Shown: positions 9,125-18,158, numbered from the stretch's first letter. The stretch: 32,000 bases of DNA from Allobaculum fili (GCF_020969955.1 NZ_JAHDSX010000020.1:9237-41236); one strand, 5' to 3'. The notes: generated from the sequence alone by a model not told the origin. Program-made: numbers and translations.

Positions 9125-10415
9125 CATGGAACGAAAAGAGAAGACGCTTGCCAACGGCATGAAAGTCATTCTCATTCATAAACCCGATTACGCCCGTTCG
9201 CTCTTCATGATCGGCATTCCCGCGGGAAGTACAAATCTGAGCGATGATCTCAACGGCGAGCGGATCGATCATCCGCAGGGCTGTGCCCACTTTCTGGAAC
9301 ACCAGATGTTCCGCCTGAACGGAAAAGACGTGACGTACGATCTCGCCGCCGTACAGGCCAAAAGCAACGCCTACACGTCCTATAACGAAACGTGCTACTA
9401 CATCTGGACCAACGACGATCCGATTCCGCCCCTCGATATCCTGATCGATTTTGTTCAGACGCTCGACATCGATGAAGCGAGCGTCAATAAGGAAAAGGGA
9501 ATTATCCTTTCCGAGTACTCGCAGTACGAGCAGGAGCCGGAAATGCGCCTGCTGCGGGAAACCTTTTCCTCGCTGTACGTCAATCATCCGATGCGCGAGG
9601 AAATTCTCGGCCGCCCGGAAGACATTCAGAACATGAAACCGGAAGATCTGAAGGCGTTTTACGAGACCTGGTACGACCCGTCCAATCTCGTTCTGGTCGG
9701 CGTGACCGGTCACGATCTCGACCCGCTTATGGACTGGATCGAAAACAAGGAAAAGGAATACCCGGCGAAGCTGGCGGTTCCTTCCAGAAAAGTGCTCCCT
9801 GAAGAGCCGGAAGACGTGTGCCGGCGCAAGGCCATCATCCCGATGGACGTGGATCTGACCTACGTCTGCCTGGGCGTCAAGATGAAGCCGCTCACGGGCG
9901 ATACCCGCGATCAGATTCGCAAGGACTACATGCTGAACCTGTGGCTGAACGGACGCTTTTCCACGCTGAATCCGGAATGCCAGAACTGGATCGATCAGAA
10001 AATCATCGGATCGATCTTCGGTGCCGAAGCGGATCTTGATGACGATCACGCCTACATTCTGATTTACGCGCAGAGCGATCGACCGGAAGAATTTTGCTGG
10101 ACGATGAGTGAAATTCTCAACAAGAAGCAGCCGCTCTCCCAGGAAATTTTCGAATCCGTTCTGATCCGGGACAAAGCAAGCGCCATTCGCATGTACGACA
10201 ACTTTGACGGTCTGGCGTCCGCAACCGTTCGCTACGGCTTCGGTCTGGGGGATCCGTTTGAAGACCTCGACATCCTCAACTCCATTACTCTGGACGATCT
10301 CAACGCCTACATCGCTTCGCTCGATTTCAGCCATACGAGCGAAACGTTCGTGCAGCCGATCAGCAAGGAGGAAGACTTCCTGGACGAAGAACCCTCTGAA
10401 GGCTTAGTGGCGTAA
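9114..10415 (+). CDS. M16 family zinc metallopeptidase (active subunit)
   Basis: 433-aa ORF with the inverted zinc motif HFLEH (GCAHFLEHQMF) and a downstream Glu-rich segment (LSEYSQYEQE). RBS is GGAAAGGAG. Confidence 0.88.
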   Translation: MPLNMERKEKTLANGMKVILIHKPDYARSLFMIGIPAGSTNLSDDLNGERIDHPQGCAHFLEHQMFRLNGKDVTYDLAAVQAKSNAYTSYNETCYYIWTNDDPIPPLDILIDFVQTLDIDEASVNKEKGIILSEYSQYEQEPEMRLLRETFSSLYVNHPMREEILGRPEDIQNMKPEDLKAFYETWYDPSNLVLVGVTGHDLDPLMDWIENKEKEYPAKLAVPSRKVLPEEPEDVCRRKAIIPMDVDLTYVCLGVKMKPLTGDTRDQIRKDYMLNLWLNGRFSTLNPECQNWIDQKIIGSIFGAEADLDDDHAYILIYAQSDRPEEFCWTMSEILNKKQPLSQEIFESVLIRDKASAIRMYDNFDGLASATVRYGFGLGDPFEDLDILNSITLDDLNAYIASLDFSHTSETFVQPISKEEDFLDEEPSEGLVA

Positions 10416-10450
10416 ACGGCTGGGATCCCTATTTCGAGACGAGCCTTGAA

Positions 10451-10485
10451 CCGGATCCAATCGACAGACTGACGATTGGATCCGG
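10451..10485. repeat. Perfect 13-bp inverted repeat (CCGGATCCAATCG / CGATTGGATCCGG), 9-nt loop, no T tract
   Basis: Read directly from the sequence. Located 36 nt after the M16 stop codon. Confidence 0.8.
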
Positions 10486-10528
10486 AATGGATCAAATGCG
10501 CCGAAAACATGATATTCATTTAAAAAGC

Positions 10529-10572
10529 GGTCATTCTCATCAATCAAATGCATGAGAATGGCCACTTTTTCT
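10529..10572 (+). terminator. Rho-independent terminator of the M16 operon
   Basis: 12-bp stem GGTCATTCTCAT / ATGAGAATGGCC (one G-U pair), 11-nt loop, then AC plus T5. Confidence 0.7.
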
Positions 10573-10595
10573 TCGATTGTCATGAAATAGGCGAT

Positions 10596-10624
10596 TTGAG
10601 CGATTCTGCCTTTCTTTCTATACT
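10596..10624 (+). promoter_or_regulatory. Candidate sigma-A promoter TTGAGC-17-TATACT
   Basis: -35 at 10596-10601, 17-nt spacer, -10 at 10619-10624. It lies 60 nt upstream of the SSB-like gene. Confidence 0.5.
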
Positions 10625-10683
10625 GAGCGTGTTTTCAGCAGAGCTTTATCCGAAAGAGAAGAGAGAAGGAAAGGAGGAAAGAC

Positions 10684-10992
10684 ATGAATCAGTTCTGTCT
10701 GGCAGGCAAAATCGCTTCGATTCCAGAATTGAAAACCAATCCGCAAGGCTGGAAAACGTGCAGCGTTCTGATCGAGGTCGAACGCCCGTTCGCCAATTCC
10801 AAAGGCGAGTTTGAAAGCGATCTGATGAGTCTGGAAGTGTGGCGCGGGGCAGCCGAAACGCTAGCCAGCTGTGCCCGCCTGAACGCCTGGATTACCGCGA
10901 AGGGCCGCATTCAGTCCAGACCGCTTCAAAAAGACGGACGAACCGTTTCGAACGTCACCCTGATCGCCGAAAAGATTGAATACATACACTGA
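10684..10992 (+). CDS. Single-stranded DNA-binding protein paralogue (OB fold only, no acidic C-terminal tail; SsbB-like)
   Basis: 102-aa ORF with the SSB pattern N.F.L.G.I...PELK.....K...V.IEVERPF....GE.ESD...LEVWRG.AE......L.....AKGRIQSR......R.V...L.A.KIEY. It stops right after the OB fold. Strong RBS AAAGGAGG. Confidence 0.8.
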   Translation: MNQFCLAGKIASIPELKTNPQGWKTCSVLIEVERPFANSKGEFESDLMSLEVWRGAAETLASCARLNAWITAKGRIQSRPLQKDGRTVSNVTLIAEKIEYIH

Positions 10993-11011
10993 TACCGCCC
11001 ATACACAGTCC

Positions 11012-11047
11012 AAAACGATCCGCCCCTCTTCCAGGACGGATCGTTTT
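11012..11047 (+). terminator. Probable terminator or attenuating hairpin
   Basis: 11-bp perfect stem AAAACGATCCG / CGGATCGTTTT with a 14-nt loop. The T4 run is part of the 3' arm. Confidence 0.5.
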
Positions 11048-11282
11048 GCCGTGCTGGCCGAGTCTACACTGGACAGGTACAATAGGAAAAACAGGGCGGA
11101 GCCAGAAAACGGATCTGCTCGTTTAAGGGGCGTGCGGAAAACGAAAGATCGTTTATTCGCAAGAAAAACGGAAACAGCCGGCAGAGTCAGCCGATCGAAC
11201 GGGCGAAACATCGATCGACAGGCAACAAGCTTGTTTCCAGTAAAACAAAGGGGATCTGAGAATTTTAGGAAAGGAAAAGAGT

Positions 11283-11750
11283 ATGGGATTACTGGATAAA
11301 CTTGGCGAAGCGCGCGCTCGCCAGCAGGAAAAAGAGCAGGAGGAGCTGCGGCAGGAAGAACAGGAACTCGAAGCGCGTTCGCTTTATTTTCCCCTGAAGT
11401 CATTTGATCGAATTTTGCTGGAAGATCTCGAAATCACCCCTCTGGGTCATAACCAGGCCATTGTGGAATACGAAGACGAAGAGATCGGCTTGATTTACTG
11501 TCCGCTTGATGAAGAGCAGATTGAGGATCTCGAAGAAATCAATCTGTGCATCCACGACGGCAAGCTTTGCGTACAGCTCATTGCGGATGAAGACAGTCCG
11601 ATTCCCTTTAAAAGCGGGATGACGGAAATGCGCTATGGCGATCTGCTCGAGGGCGTATCCGCAAAATCGGAAACCGAAAGGGAAGTCACTCTTCCCGACT
11701 TGCCGGCAGAAGGCGAAGAATACGAAAAAAATCCGGATCGAGAAGCTTAA
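11283..11750 (+). CDS. Hypothetical acidic protein (155 aa), N-terminal charged helix
   Basis: RBS AGGAAAGGA. Protein-like composition (Glu/Asp/Leu-rich). I recognise no family. Confidence 0.6.
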   Translation: MGLLDKLGEARARQQEKEQEELRQEEQELEARSLYFPLKSFDRILLEDLEITPLGHNQAIVEYEDEEIGLIYCPLDEEQIEDLEEINLCIHDGKLCVQLIADEDSPIPFKSGMTEMRYGDLLEGVSAKSETEREVTLPDLPAEGEEYEKNPDREA

Positions 11751-11838
11751 GCGTCCAGGAGAACCGTATAAACGACTGAGCGAAAAGAAAACGGTTTTGC
11801 GAACGGTTTAGAAATGGGAAATCGCTCAGGGAGCAGCT

Positions 11839-12591
11839 ATGGACATTCGTTTTGAACAGGAAGAAAACCCGGTACTGGAAGAGAAGGTGCCACTGCAGAT
11901 TCTGGAGGCGGCCGCATCCGGTAAGAATACGGAATACCGCCTGACGATCGGCTGGAAAAAGAAAACGGTAGAAGACCGCTATATCCGCCGGTTCTTTGCG
12001 GTGCATCCCCGGCGGGCAGATTATGAAAAGATGTGGCTTCCGCCCGAGGAAGCGGTCCAGTCCGACATCTGGAGACGACGGTTTCATAACGTGGAGGAGC
12101 TGGCAGCGCGAAGCGAAGCCGACCGGCTGTACTGGCAGGGCGCCATTGCGATCGACTGTATGGCCGAGAGCTTTCTCGAGTCCGAAGCCGCAGCGAACTG
12201 GCGGCTTTGCGAAGCCTTCGCCAGTCTGGCCGAAGCAATGCTGCTCGAACACTGGAACGAACTGCCCGCGCAGAGAAAGCCGCTTTGTAAACGATGGATC
12301 GCCTTGCTGGAACAGGGCTATGCCGTCTGGGGCTGGACGAAAGAACGTTTTGATTCCCTGTATTTTGCCCTTACGGTATATCTGATTGCCTGTATAGAAG
12401 AAGGCGCGTATGATGACGCGCTCGAACTTTGGAAAACGCAAAGCGATCAACTGGCTCAGCTGCAGAACCAGTCGGCGGAGTTGTGGATCACAGAAGCCAG
12501 AGCGCAGGTCGATCGGGTCGTTGAGCGTCTGGAAAATGTCGCAGCGGCCAAAGCCAGAAAGAGAAAGCGCACACGAAAGGGAAGTAAATAA
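11839..12591 (+). CDS. Hypothetical helical protein (250 aa) with a basic C-terminal tail (KARKRKRTRKGSK)
   Basis: AGGGAG RBS 5 nt before the ATG. Composition is plausible (Ala/Leu/Glu/Trp-rich helices). The larger antisense ORF 11686-12783 has shadow-ORF composition. Confidence 0.6.
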   Translation: MDIRFEQEENPVLEEKVPLQILEAAASGKNTEYRLTIGWKKKTVEDRYIRRFFAVHPRRADYEKMWLPPEEAVQSDIWRRRFHNVEELAARSEADRLYWQGAIAIDCMAESFLESEAAANWRLCEAFASLAEAMLLEHWNELPAQRKPLCKRWIALLEQGYAVWGWTKERFDSLYFALTVYLIACIEEGAYDDALELWKTQSDQLAQLQNQSAELWITEARAQVDRVVERLENVAAAKARKRKRTRKGSK

Positions 12592-12835
12592 GCCAGGGAC
12601 ATACATCCAGTAAATATGTCCGGCAAATACCTCTAGACGAATATGTCCAGCGGATTTCAGATTTGTCTGAGCTGGGCAGGGGCAGCTGAAAGAAAAGAAT
12701 GGCGGCCTGCCGGACTGTACGGATGTACGCCTGCATGGCTGCATGGCCGCAGAGATACACCGCTGCAGGGCATGCCGGATCACCGAGTCCGTTCAGTCGG
12801 GTTTCGTCCGTTCAACAGGTGGATCGACAGAAAAT

Positions 12836-12883
12836 GGTCCGCTTTGCGACACAATTGTGCCGGCAGAGCGGACCTTATTTTTT
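12836..12883 (+). terminator. Rho-independent terminator, 245 nt downstream of the 250-aa ORF
   Basis: Outer stem GGTCCGCT / AGCGGACC, inner palindrome CACAATTGTG, followed by TTATTTTTT. Confidence 0.7.
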
Positions 12884-12901
12884 GAAAATGCACCCAAAAA
12901 G

Positions 12902-12931
12902 AAAAAGCCGAAGACGAATCTTCGGCTTTTT
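12902..12931 (-). terminator. Bidirectional terminator (serves rpsD on the - strand)
   Basis: A5-GCCGAAGA-CGAA-TCTTCGGC-T5. Located 29 nt beyond the rpsD stop. Confidence 0.85.
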
Positions 12932-12959
12932 AAACTCATGAGACTTACTTTGAAATCTA

Positions 12960-13574
12960 TTAGGATTTGCGGTTGTAGTACTCAACAACGAGCAGTTCGT
13001 TGATTGGCTGGTCTTTGAACAGTTCGGCACGTTCCGGAGTGCGGAGGTATTTGCCTTTTTTCTGATCTTTGTCCACTTCAACGAAGTCAACGGCAGCTGG
13101 AGCAGCTGCAAGAGCATCAACAATGAACGGTTTGTTTTTGTCTTTTTCAGCAACTTCGATTACGGAACCCGGGCGAACGGAGAAGGATGGGATATCCACT
13201 TTCTTTCCGTCTACCAGGATGTGACCGTGGTTGACGAGCTGACGGGCAGCGCGGCGTGTGCGAGCGAAGCCCATGCGGTATACGAGGTTGTCGAGACGGC
13301 TTTCGAGGAGAACCAGGAAGTTTTCACCGGCAGAACCGCCCATGCGGCTTGCCTTGAAGTAGAGGTTGGCGAACTGTTTTTCAGAGAGCTGATAAACGTT
13401 ACGGATTCTCTGTTTTTCCTGTTTCTGGATACCGTAGTTAGTGAGTTTGATTCGGCGCGTTTTTCCATGCTGGCCGGGAGCATAAGGACGTCTGGCGAGT
13501 TCCTTGCCTGTTTCCGAAATGGAGAAGCTCAGGCGGCGGGAAACTTTCCAGGTAGAACCTGTCATTCTGGACAT
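12960..13574 (-). CDS. rpsD: 30S ribosomal protein S4
   Basis: 204 aa. MSRMTGSTWKVSRRL..., RPYAPGQHG, LESRLDNLVYRMGFARTRRAARQLVNHGHILVDGKKVDIPS and the C-terminal LVVEYY all closely parallel Bacillus S4. Confidence 0.97.
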   Translation of the reverse strand: MSRMTGSTWKVSRRLSFSISETGKELARRPYAPGQHGKTRRIKLTNYGIQKQEKQRIRNVYQLSEKQFANLYFKASRMGGSAGENFLVLLESRLDNLVYRMGFARTRRAARQLVNHGHILVDGKKVDIPSFSVRPGSVIEVAEKDKNKPFIVDALAAAPAAVDFVEVDKDQKKGKYLRTPERAELFKDQPINELLVVEYYNRKS

Positions 13575-13735
13575 TTAGTTTTTCCTCCTATTGTCTTCGC
13601 AAAAAAACAATACCAGGATACAAATCTTCGTAAGGGGTGCCTGGGACGATGTTTTCTTCAGAACAGCTGGCTGTTACTCGCATCTCTTAAGCTCAGGCGC
13701 CTGACTCACGCATTTGTATGCTGTTTGAATCATGC
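13575..13735 (-). promoter_or_regulatory. rpsD 5' leader (about 160 nt), candidate S4 autoregulatory leader
   Basis: This is the distance between the predicted promoter and the ATG. Several hairpins are present, including TATTGT/ACAATA, which abuts the GGAGG Shine-Dalgarno sequence. Confidence 0.45.
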
Positions 13736-13741
13736 CAAACC

Positions 13742-13770
13742 ACTATATCAGCAAACCTTCCAGATGACAA
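13742..13770 (-). promoter_or_regulatory. rpsD promoter TTGTCA-17-TATAGT
   Basis: Reverse complement of 13742-13770 reads TTGTCA TCTGGAAGGTTTGCTGA TATAGT. Confidence 0.6.
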
Positions 13771-14005
13771 CCGATCGGACATCGCCTTTTTTCGCAAACC
13801 TAAGCCGGAAGTGACGCTTCAGGACTGTCCAGATCCAGTACGCAGCGGGCAATAATATTGTAGAGGGAAAAGCCGCAGAAAAAATCCTGCTCAAAATTGA
13901 AGAGATCCCGAAGACGGAACGCGGCTTTTTGTGACACAATAGAAACTGTTGAAGAACGTCCATAGTCCAGGCAGGCCAAGCCCGCGTGGTTTTGTGTGCG
14001 TTGTC

Positions 14006-14014
14006 TGTTATACT
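14006..14014 (+). promoter_or_regulatory. Candidate extended -10 (TGT-TATACT) for ezrA
   Basis: TATACT at 14009-14014 with TG at 14006-14007, about 29 nt before the ezrA start. The -35 is weak. Confidence 0.4.
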
Positions 14015-14042
14015 ATAAAGCCGAATGTCAGGAGGATTATAT

Positions 14043-15827
14043 ATGGAAAATCTCTGGACCCAAGTCCGGGACTGGTGCCTGAATATGTACACGTATGTGA
14101 CCAGACACGTTCCGATTGAGGTCATGATTTATATAGGAATTGCGATTGTTATTCTGATCATCGTTGGCATCATTTCCCGCTCCATGAAGAAAAGACGCGT
14201 TTCCCGCCGTCTGCACGACCTGGAAGCGGATGTCAACGACATGCTCGACAACAATCTCGAATTCAAATACCGCAAGGCCAGACAGTTTGCCGAAAACAAC
14301 GAAGATCTTGCGGACCGGTTCAAGTCGATCAAGCCGAAATACAAGATCTGTCTGCAGTCGATCGAAGCCACGGAAGATCTGTACAACCGCGCGACGGAAT
14401 ACTTTACCCGTCATAAATATAAGAAAGCCGCCCGCGCGATGGACGAAGTCGAAACCGTTCTCGACGATACGGAAGAAAGAATCCGCATCGTGGAAGAATC
14501 GCTGGACCGCGTCATTTCCCGCGAAGACGAAGTCCGCAAAAATGCCTCCCGCATTATTGAACGCGCCGACAAGCTGAAAAAGGACTATGCCGAAAAACGC
14601 GACAGCTTCTTCAGCGGCACCGCCTACATGGATAAGATGATCAGTTCCATGGAGACGTCTTTGCAGAAGCTTGAAGAAGATCTCGGCCAGGCGCGCTTTG
14701 CCGAAGTCCGTGAAGACTGCGACAAAATTCAGAACGAATGCGATGAGTTTGAAGAAATCGCAAAAGTGTATCCGTCCCTGTACAGCCGGGCCAAAACCGA
14801 ACTGCCGCAGGCGATTGAAGAAGTCAAGACGGCTGTGGCCAGGATGGAAGAAGAACGCATTGACGCGTCCTACCTTGGCGTAGACGACAAGCTCGACGCC
14901 ATTTCCAATGCGCTCGAAGATGCCGTGGCCAGCCTCGATGAAGGCGACCTGAAAAAAGCCGCGCCGGCGCTCGATGCCATCACGGATCAGGTGCTCGCCC
15001 TCAACGAAGACATCGCACAGGAGCATGTAGCCTTCAGCGAAATCCAGGCCAGCCTGGAAAACAACTTCGCCACCGTCGATCAGAGCGAAGCCGAACTGGC
15101 GGAAATTATCCGTCTGTACGCGTCCATCAAGGACCGCTTCGGTCTCGAAGACTGGACCGCCCGTTTTGCCAAGGCGCGTGAACAGCTCGACGAGCTGAAG
15201 ACGCAGCGCGACCAGATTCAGAAACAGCTCGAAGAAAGCGAAGTTTACCAGGTCGAAGTCATCAGCGGATTCCGCTCCTTCATCAGCCGTACGGATGCGT
15301 TCGGCAAGGAAGTCGCCAACATGAAGCAGCTGCTTCTCGGTGCCTCTTCCGATGAAAGCCGCGCCCGCAAACAGCTCATCAAGCTCGAGCTGATTCTCAA
15401 CGAAGTGCGTCTGAACACCAGCATTCGCAATCTGCCCGCCATATCCGAATCCTTCAACCAGGACCTCGAACGCGGCGAACAGAAAATTACGGATGTACAG
15501 AACGTACTCGAAAGCCAGACGCTCGACATCGACAAGCTGAACGGCACGCTGCAGGATGCCATCGATTTCATTTACAAGCTGTATTCCAACGCCAGCAACC
15601 TCACCGGCGTAGCGGTCATGGTAGAAAACGCCATCGTCTTTGGCAACCGTTTCCGCTCTTCCTATCCGGCCCTTGATTCGGATCTGACCAAAGCGGAAAT
15701 GTGCTTCCAGAACGGGGAATATACCCGAGCACTCAAAATCGCCATGCAGGCTATCGAAACGCTTCATCCGGGAATTTATGAGAAGCTGATTGCCCGCAAG
15801 GATCCGGCGGTCATGAACCAGGTATGA
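14043..15827 (+). CDS. ezrA: Septation ring formation regulator EzrA
   Basis: One N-terminal TM helix (IYIGIAIVILIIVGII) is followed by a long coiled-coil/spectrin-like body and the C-terminal conserved patch VFGNRFRSSYP (the QNR-like motif of EzrA). The start is set at ATG 14043, 7 nt after AGGAGG. Synteny with rpsD / cysteine desulfurase / thiI is typical of Firmicutes. Confidence 0.9.
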   Translation: MENLWTQVRDWCLNMYTYVTRHVPIEVMIYIGIAIVILIIVGIISRSMKKRRVSRRLHDLEADVNDMLDNNLEFKYRKARQFAENNEDLADRFKSIKPKYKICLQSIEATEDLYNRATEYFTRHKYKKAARAMDEVETVLDDTEERIRIVEESLDRVISREDEVRKNASRIIERADKLKKDYAEKRDSFFSGTAYMDKMISSMETSLQKLEEDLGQARFAEVREDCDKIQNECDEFEEIAKVYPSLYSRAKTELPQAIEEVKTAVARMEEERIDASYLGVDDKLDAISNALEDAVASLDEGDLKKAAPALDAITDQVLALNEDIAQEHVAFSEIQASLENNFATVDQSEAELAEIIRLYASIKDRFGLEDWTARFAKAREQLDELKTQRDQIQKQLEESEVYQVEVISGFRSFISRTDAFGKEVANMKQLLLGASSDESRARKQLIKLELILNEVRLNTSIRNLPAISESFNQDLERGEQKITDVQNVLESQTLDIDKLNGTLQDAIDFIYKLYSNASNLTGVAVMVENAIVFGNRFRSSYPALDSDLTKAEMCFQNGEYTRALKIAMQAIETLHPGIYEKLIARKDPAVMNQV

Positions 15828-16951
15828 TTTATTTCGATCATGCAGCAACCACCCCTGTGAGCAGGGAAGTTGCTGCTCTTTTTGTAAAACTGCTCGATGA
15901 ATACGGAAACCCGGATTCCCTTCATCAGCAGGGAAGAAAAGCAGCAAAGCTTCTCGAACAGAGCCGCTCGCGCATCGCTTCCATGCTCAAATGCTCCCCG
16001 GAAGAAATCCTCTTTACCTCCTGTGCATCGGAATCCAATTCGATGGCGATCGTCGGCTATGCTTTAGCCAACAGGAATCGGGGAAACCGCATTATCACAT
16101 CCAACTCGGAACATTCCTCCACGACGGCCGCGATGAACTTTCTCGAATCGATCGGCTTTGAAGTGGTCCGTCTGCCCATTCACGAAGACGGAACCATTCA
16201 CGCCAAAGACGTACAGGACGCGCTGACGAAGGACACCCTGCTCGTCTCGCTCATTCACGTCTCCAATGAGACCGGCGCTATTACGCCGATCGGCGAGATT
16301 GCGGATGTTGTCCATACCCATCCCACCTGCGTCTTCCATGCGGACTGCACGCAAAGCTTTGGCAAAGTGGATATTCCTTTTGAAAAGCTCGATCTGATGA
16401 CGATGTCTGCGCATAAGATCCACGGCATGAAAGGATCCGCACTTCTCAAGAAGAAAAAGAACCTTGTCCTTCAGCCGCTGATCTTTGGCGGCCAGCAGGA
16501 ACAGGGCATGCGCGGCGGCACCGAAAACGCGCCCGTCCACATCGCGCTGGCCAAGACGATCCGTCTGGCACTCGAAGGCCAGAAGCAGACCCAGGCACAG
16601 ATGAAAAAAGTCCGGGATCACATCATCGAACGGCTCGATGAAATTCCCGGCGCGCACGTTCTCTCCCCGGAAAATGCGGCTTCCTCCATTCTTTGCCTCT
16701 GCTTTGATGCCATGACCAGCCAGGTCATGCAGAACGCGCTCGATGAGCGGGGAATCTGCGTTTCCGCCATCAGCACCTGCGAGTCCCGTTCCCATCAGGC
16801 CAACCCGGTTCTTCTGAACATGGGCTGTTCCTTAAAGGAAGCGACCCACAATATCCGCCTGTCCTTTTCGGGCGAAAACACCATCGAAGAGGCCGACGCA
16901 TTTATCGACAGTGTAAAGGAGATCATCCAGGCTTATGGATTACCGTTATGA
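15824..16951 (+). CDS. Cysteine desulfurase (class V aminotransferase, NifS/IscS/NifZ type) partnered with ThiI
   Basis: 375 aa. IYFDHAATTP N-terminus, PLP-lysine motif SAHKIHG, RGGTEN loop. ATGA overlap with the ezrA stop. Confidence 0.92.
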   Translation: MIYFDHAATTPVSREVAALFVKLLDEYGNPDSLHQQGRKAAKLLEQSRSRIASMLKCSPEEILFTSCASESNSMAIVGYALANRNRGNRIITSNSEHSSTTAAMNFLESIGFEVVRLPIHEDGTIHAKDVQDALTKDTLLVSLIHVSNETGAITPIGEIADVVHTHPTCVFHADCTQSFGKVDIPFEKLDLMTMSAHKIHGMKGSALLKKKKNLVLQPLIFGGQQEQGMRGGTENAPVHIALAKTIRLALEGQKQTQAQMKKVRDHIIERLDEIPGAHVLSPENAASSILCLCFDAMTSQVMQNALDERGICVSAISTCESRSHQANPVLLNMGCSLKEATHNIRLSFSGENTIEEADAFIDSVKEIIQAYGLPL

Positions 16952-18134
16952 CCATATTCTGATCCGGTACGGCGAACTTTCTCTGAAAGGCAAGAACCGG
17001 CAGAACTTCATTCAAAAGCTCAAAGACAATCTGAAAAAAGCGCTCAAGGGATTTCCGACGCTCGAACTCGAAACCCAGTACGACCGCATGTATCTTTATC
17101 TTCATGACGAAGATCAAAAAAAAGTGTGCGACATCGTCTCCAAAGTCTTTGGCATTTCCTCGTTTTCTCCGGCGATTAAAACGGAGCCGACGATGGACGC
17201 CATTCTCGAAGGCGTTAAAGCCAGTGTGGACTTAAGCACTCCGCACACGTTTAAAATCCGTGCAAGACGCCACGACAAAATGTTCGAGCACGATTCGGAT
17301 TACATCAACCGCGCAGCGGCGACCGTCATTCTCAAAAGCAGCGACTGGAAAGTCGATGTCCACAATCCGGAAGTGACGATCCTGATCGAAGTCCGCAAAG
17401 ATGCGGTCTACATCATGTCCGAGAAAATTCCAGGCGCCGGCGGATTCCCGGTCGGTGTCGGCGGACGGGCGATGATGCTGCTGTCCGGCGGTATTGACTC
17501 TCCGGTTGCCAGCTATCTCATGATGAAGCGCGGCGTGCATATCGAATGCGTGCACTTTGCCGCCCCGCCGTACACTTCCGCCGAAGCGCGTGAAAAAGTG
17601 TATGCGCTCGCCCGGCTGCTCGCTCCGTATCAGGGCGATGTTGTCGTTCATGTCGTTCCGTTTACCACGCTGCAGCTGGCCATTTATCAGAACGCGCCGG
17701 AAAGCTATGCGATTACGCTCATGCGCCGTATGATGATGCGCATTGCAGCAGGACTTGCGGAAAAACGCCATTGTCTCGCAATCGGTACGGGAGAAAGCGT
17801 TGGCCAGGTAGCCAGCCAGACGCTGGAGAGCATGTACGTCATCAACAACGTGACGAACATGCCGCTCATCCGTCCGCTCGTATGCATGGATAAGACCGAA
17901 ATCATCGATATCGCCCGAAAGATCGGTACGTACGAAACGTCCATTTTGCCTTACGAAGACTGCTGCACGATTTTCACGCCGAAAAATCCAGTAACCCGTC
18001 CGAAACTCGAAAAATGCATCGAGTACGAAAAACGCTGGGACTGGCAGGAAATGGTTTCCGACTGCATTGAATACGCGGAAACCATCCGCCTTCATTTCGA
18101 AGAACCAAATAAAGCGGAAGACGATCTGTTCTAA
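16935..18134 (+). CDS. thiI: tRNA 4-thiouridine(8) synthase ThiI
   Basis: 399 aa. ILIRYGELSLKGKNR (ferredoxin-like/THUMP N-terminus) and PP-loop LLSGGIDSPVA. Overlaps the desulfurase gene by 17 nt. Confidence 0.95.
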   Translation: MDYRYDHILIRYGELSLKGKNRQNFIQKLKDNLKKALKGFPTLELETQYDRMYLYLHDEDQKKVCDIVSKVFGISSFSPAIKTEPTMDAILEGVKASVDLSTPHTFKIRARRHDKMFEHDSDYINRAAATVILKSSDWKVDVHNPEVTILIEVRKDAVYIMSEKIPGAGGFPVGVGGRAMMLLSGGIDSPVASYLMMKRGVHIECVHFAAPPYTSAEAREKVYALARLLAPYQGDVVVHVVPFTTLQLAIYQNAPESYAITLMRRMMMRIAAGLAEKRHCLAIGTGESVGQVASQTLESMYVINNVTNMPLIRPLVCMDKTEIIDIARKIGTYETSILPYEDCCTIFTPKNPVTRPKLEKCIEYEKRWDWQEMVSDCIEYAETIRLHFEEPNKAEDDLF

Positions 18135-18158
18135 GCCAGAATGTATTCAAAACTACAG

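Noticed and set aside
10451-10485. The 13-bp perfect inverted repeat as the M16 operon terminator.
   Set aside because: No T tract follows it. The hairpin at 10529-10572 has one and is the better terminator. The inverted repeat is kept only as a repeat or possible protein-binding site.
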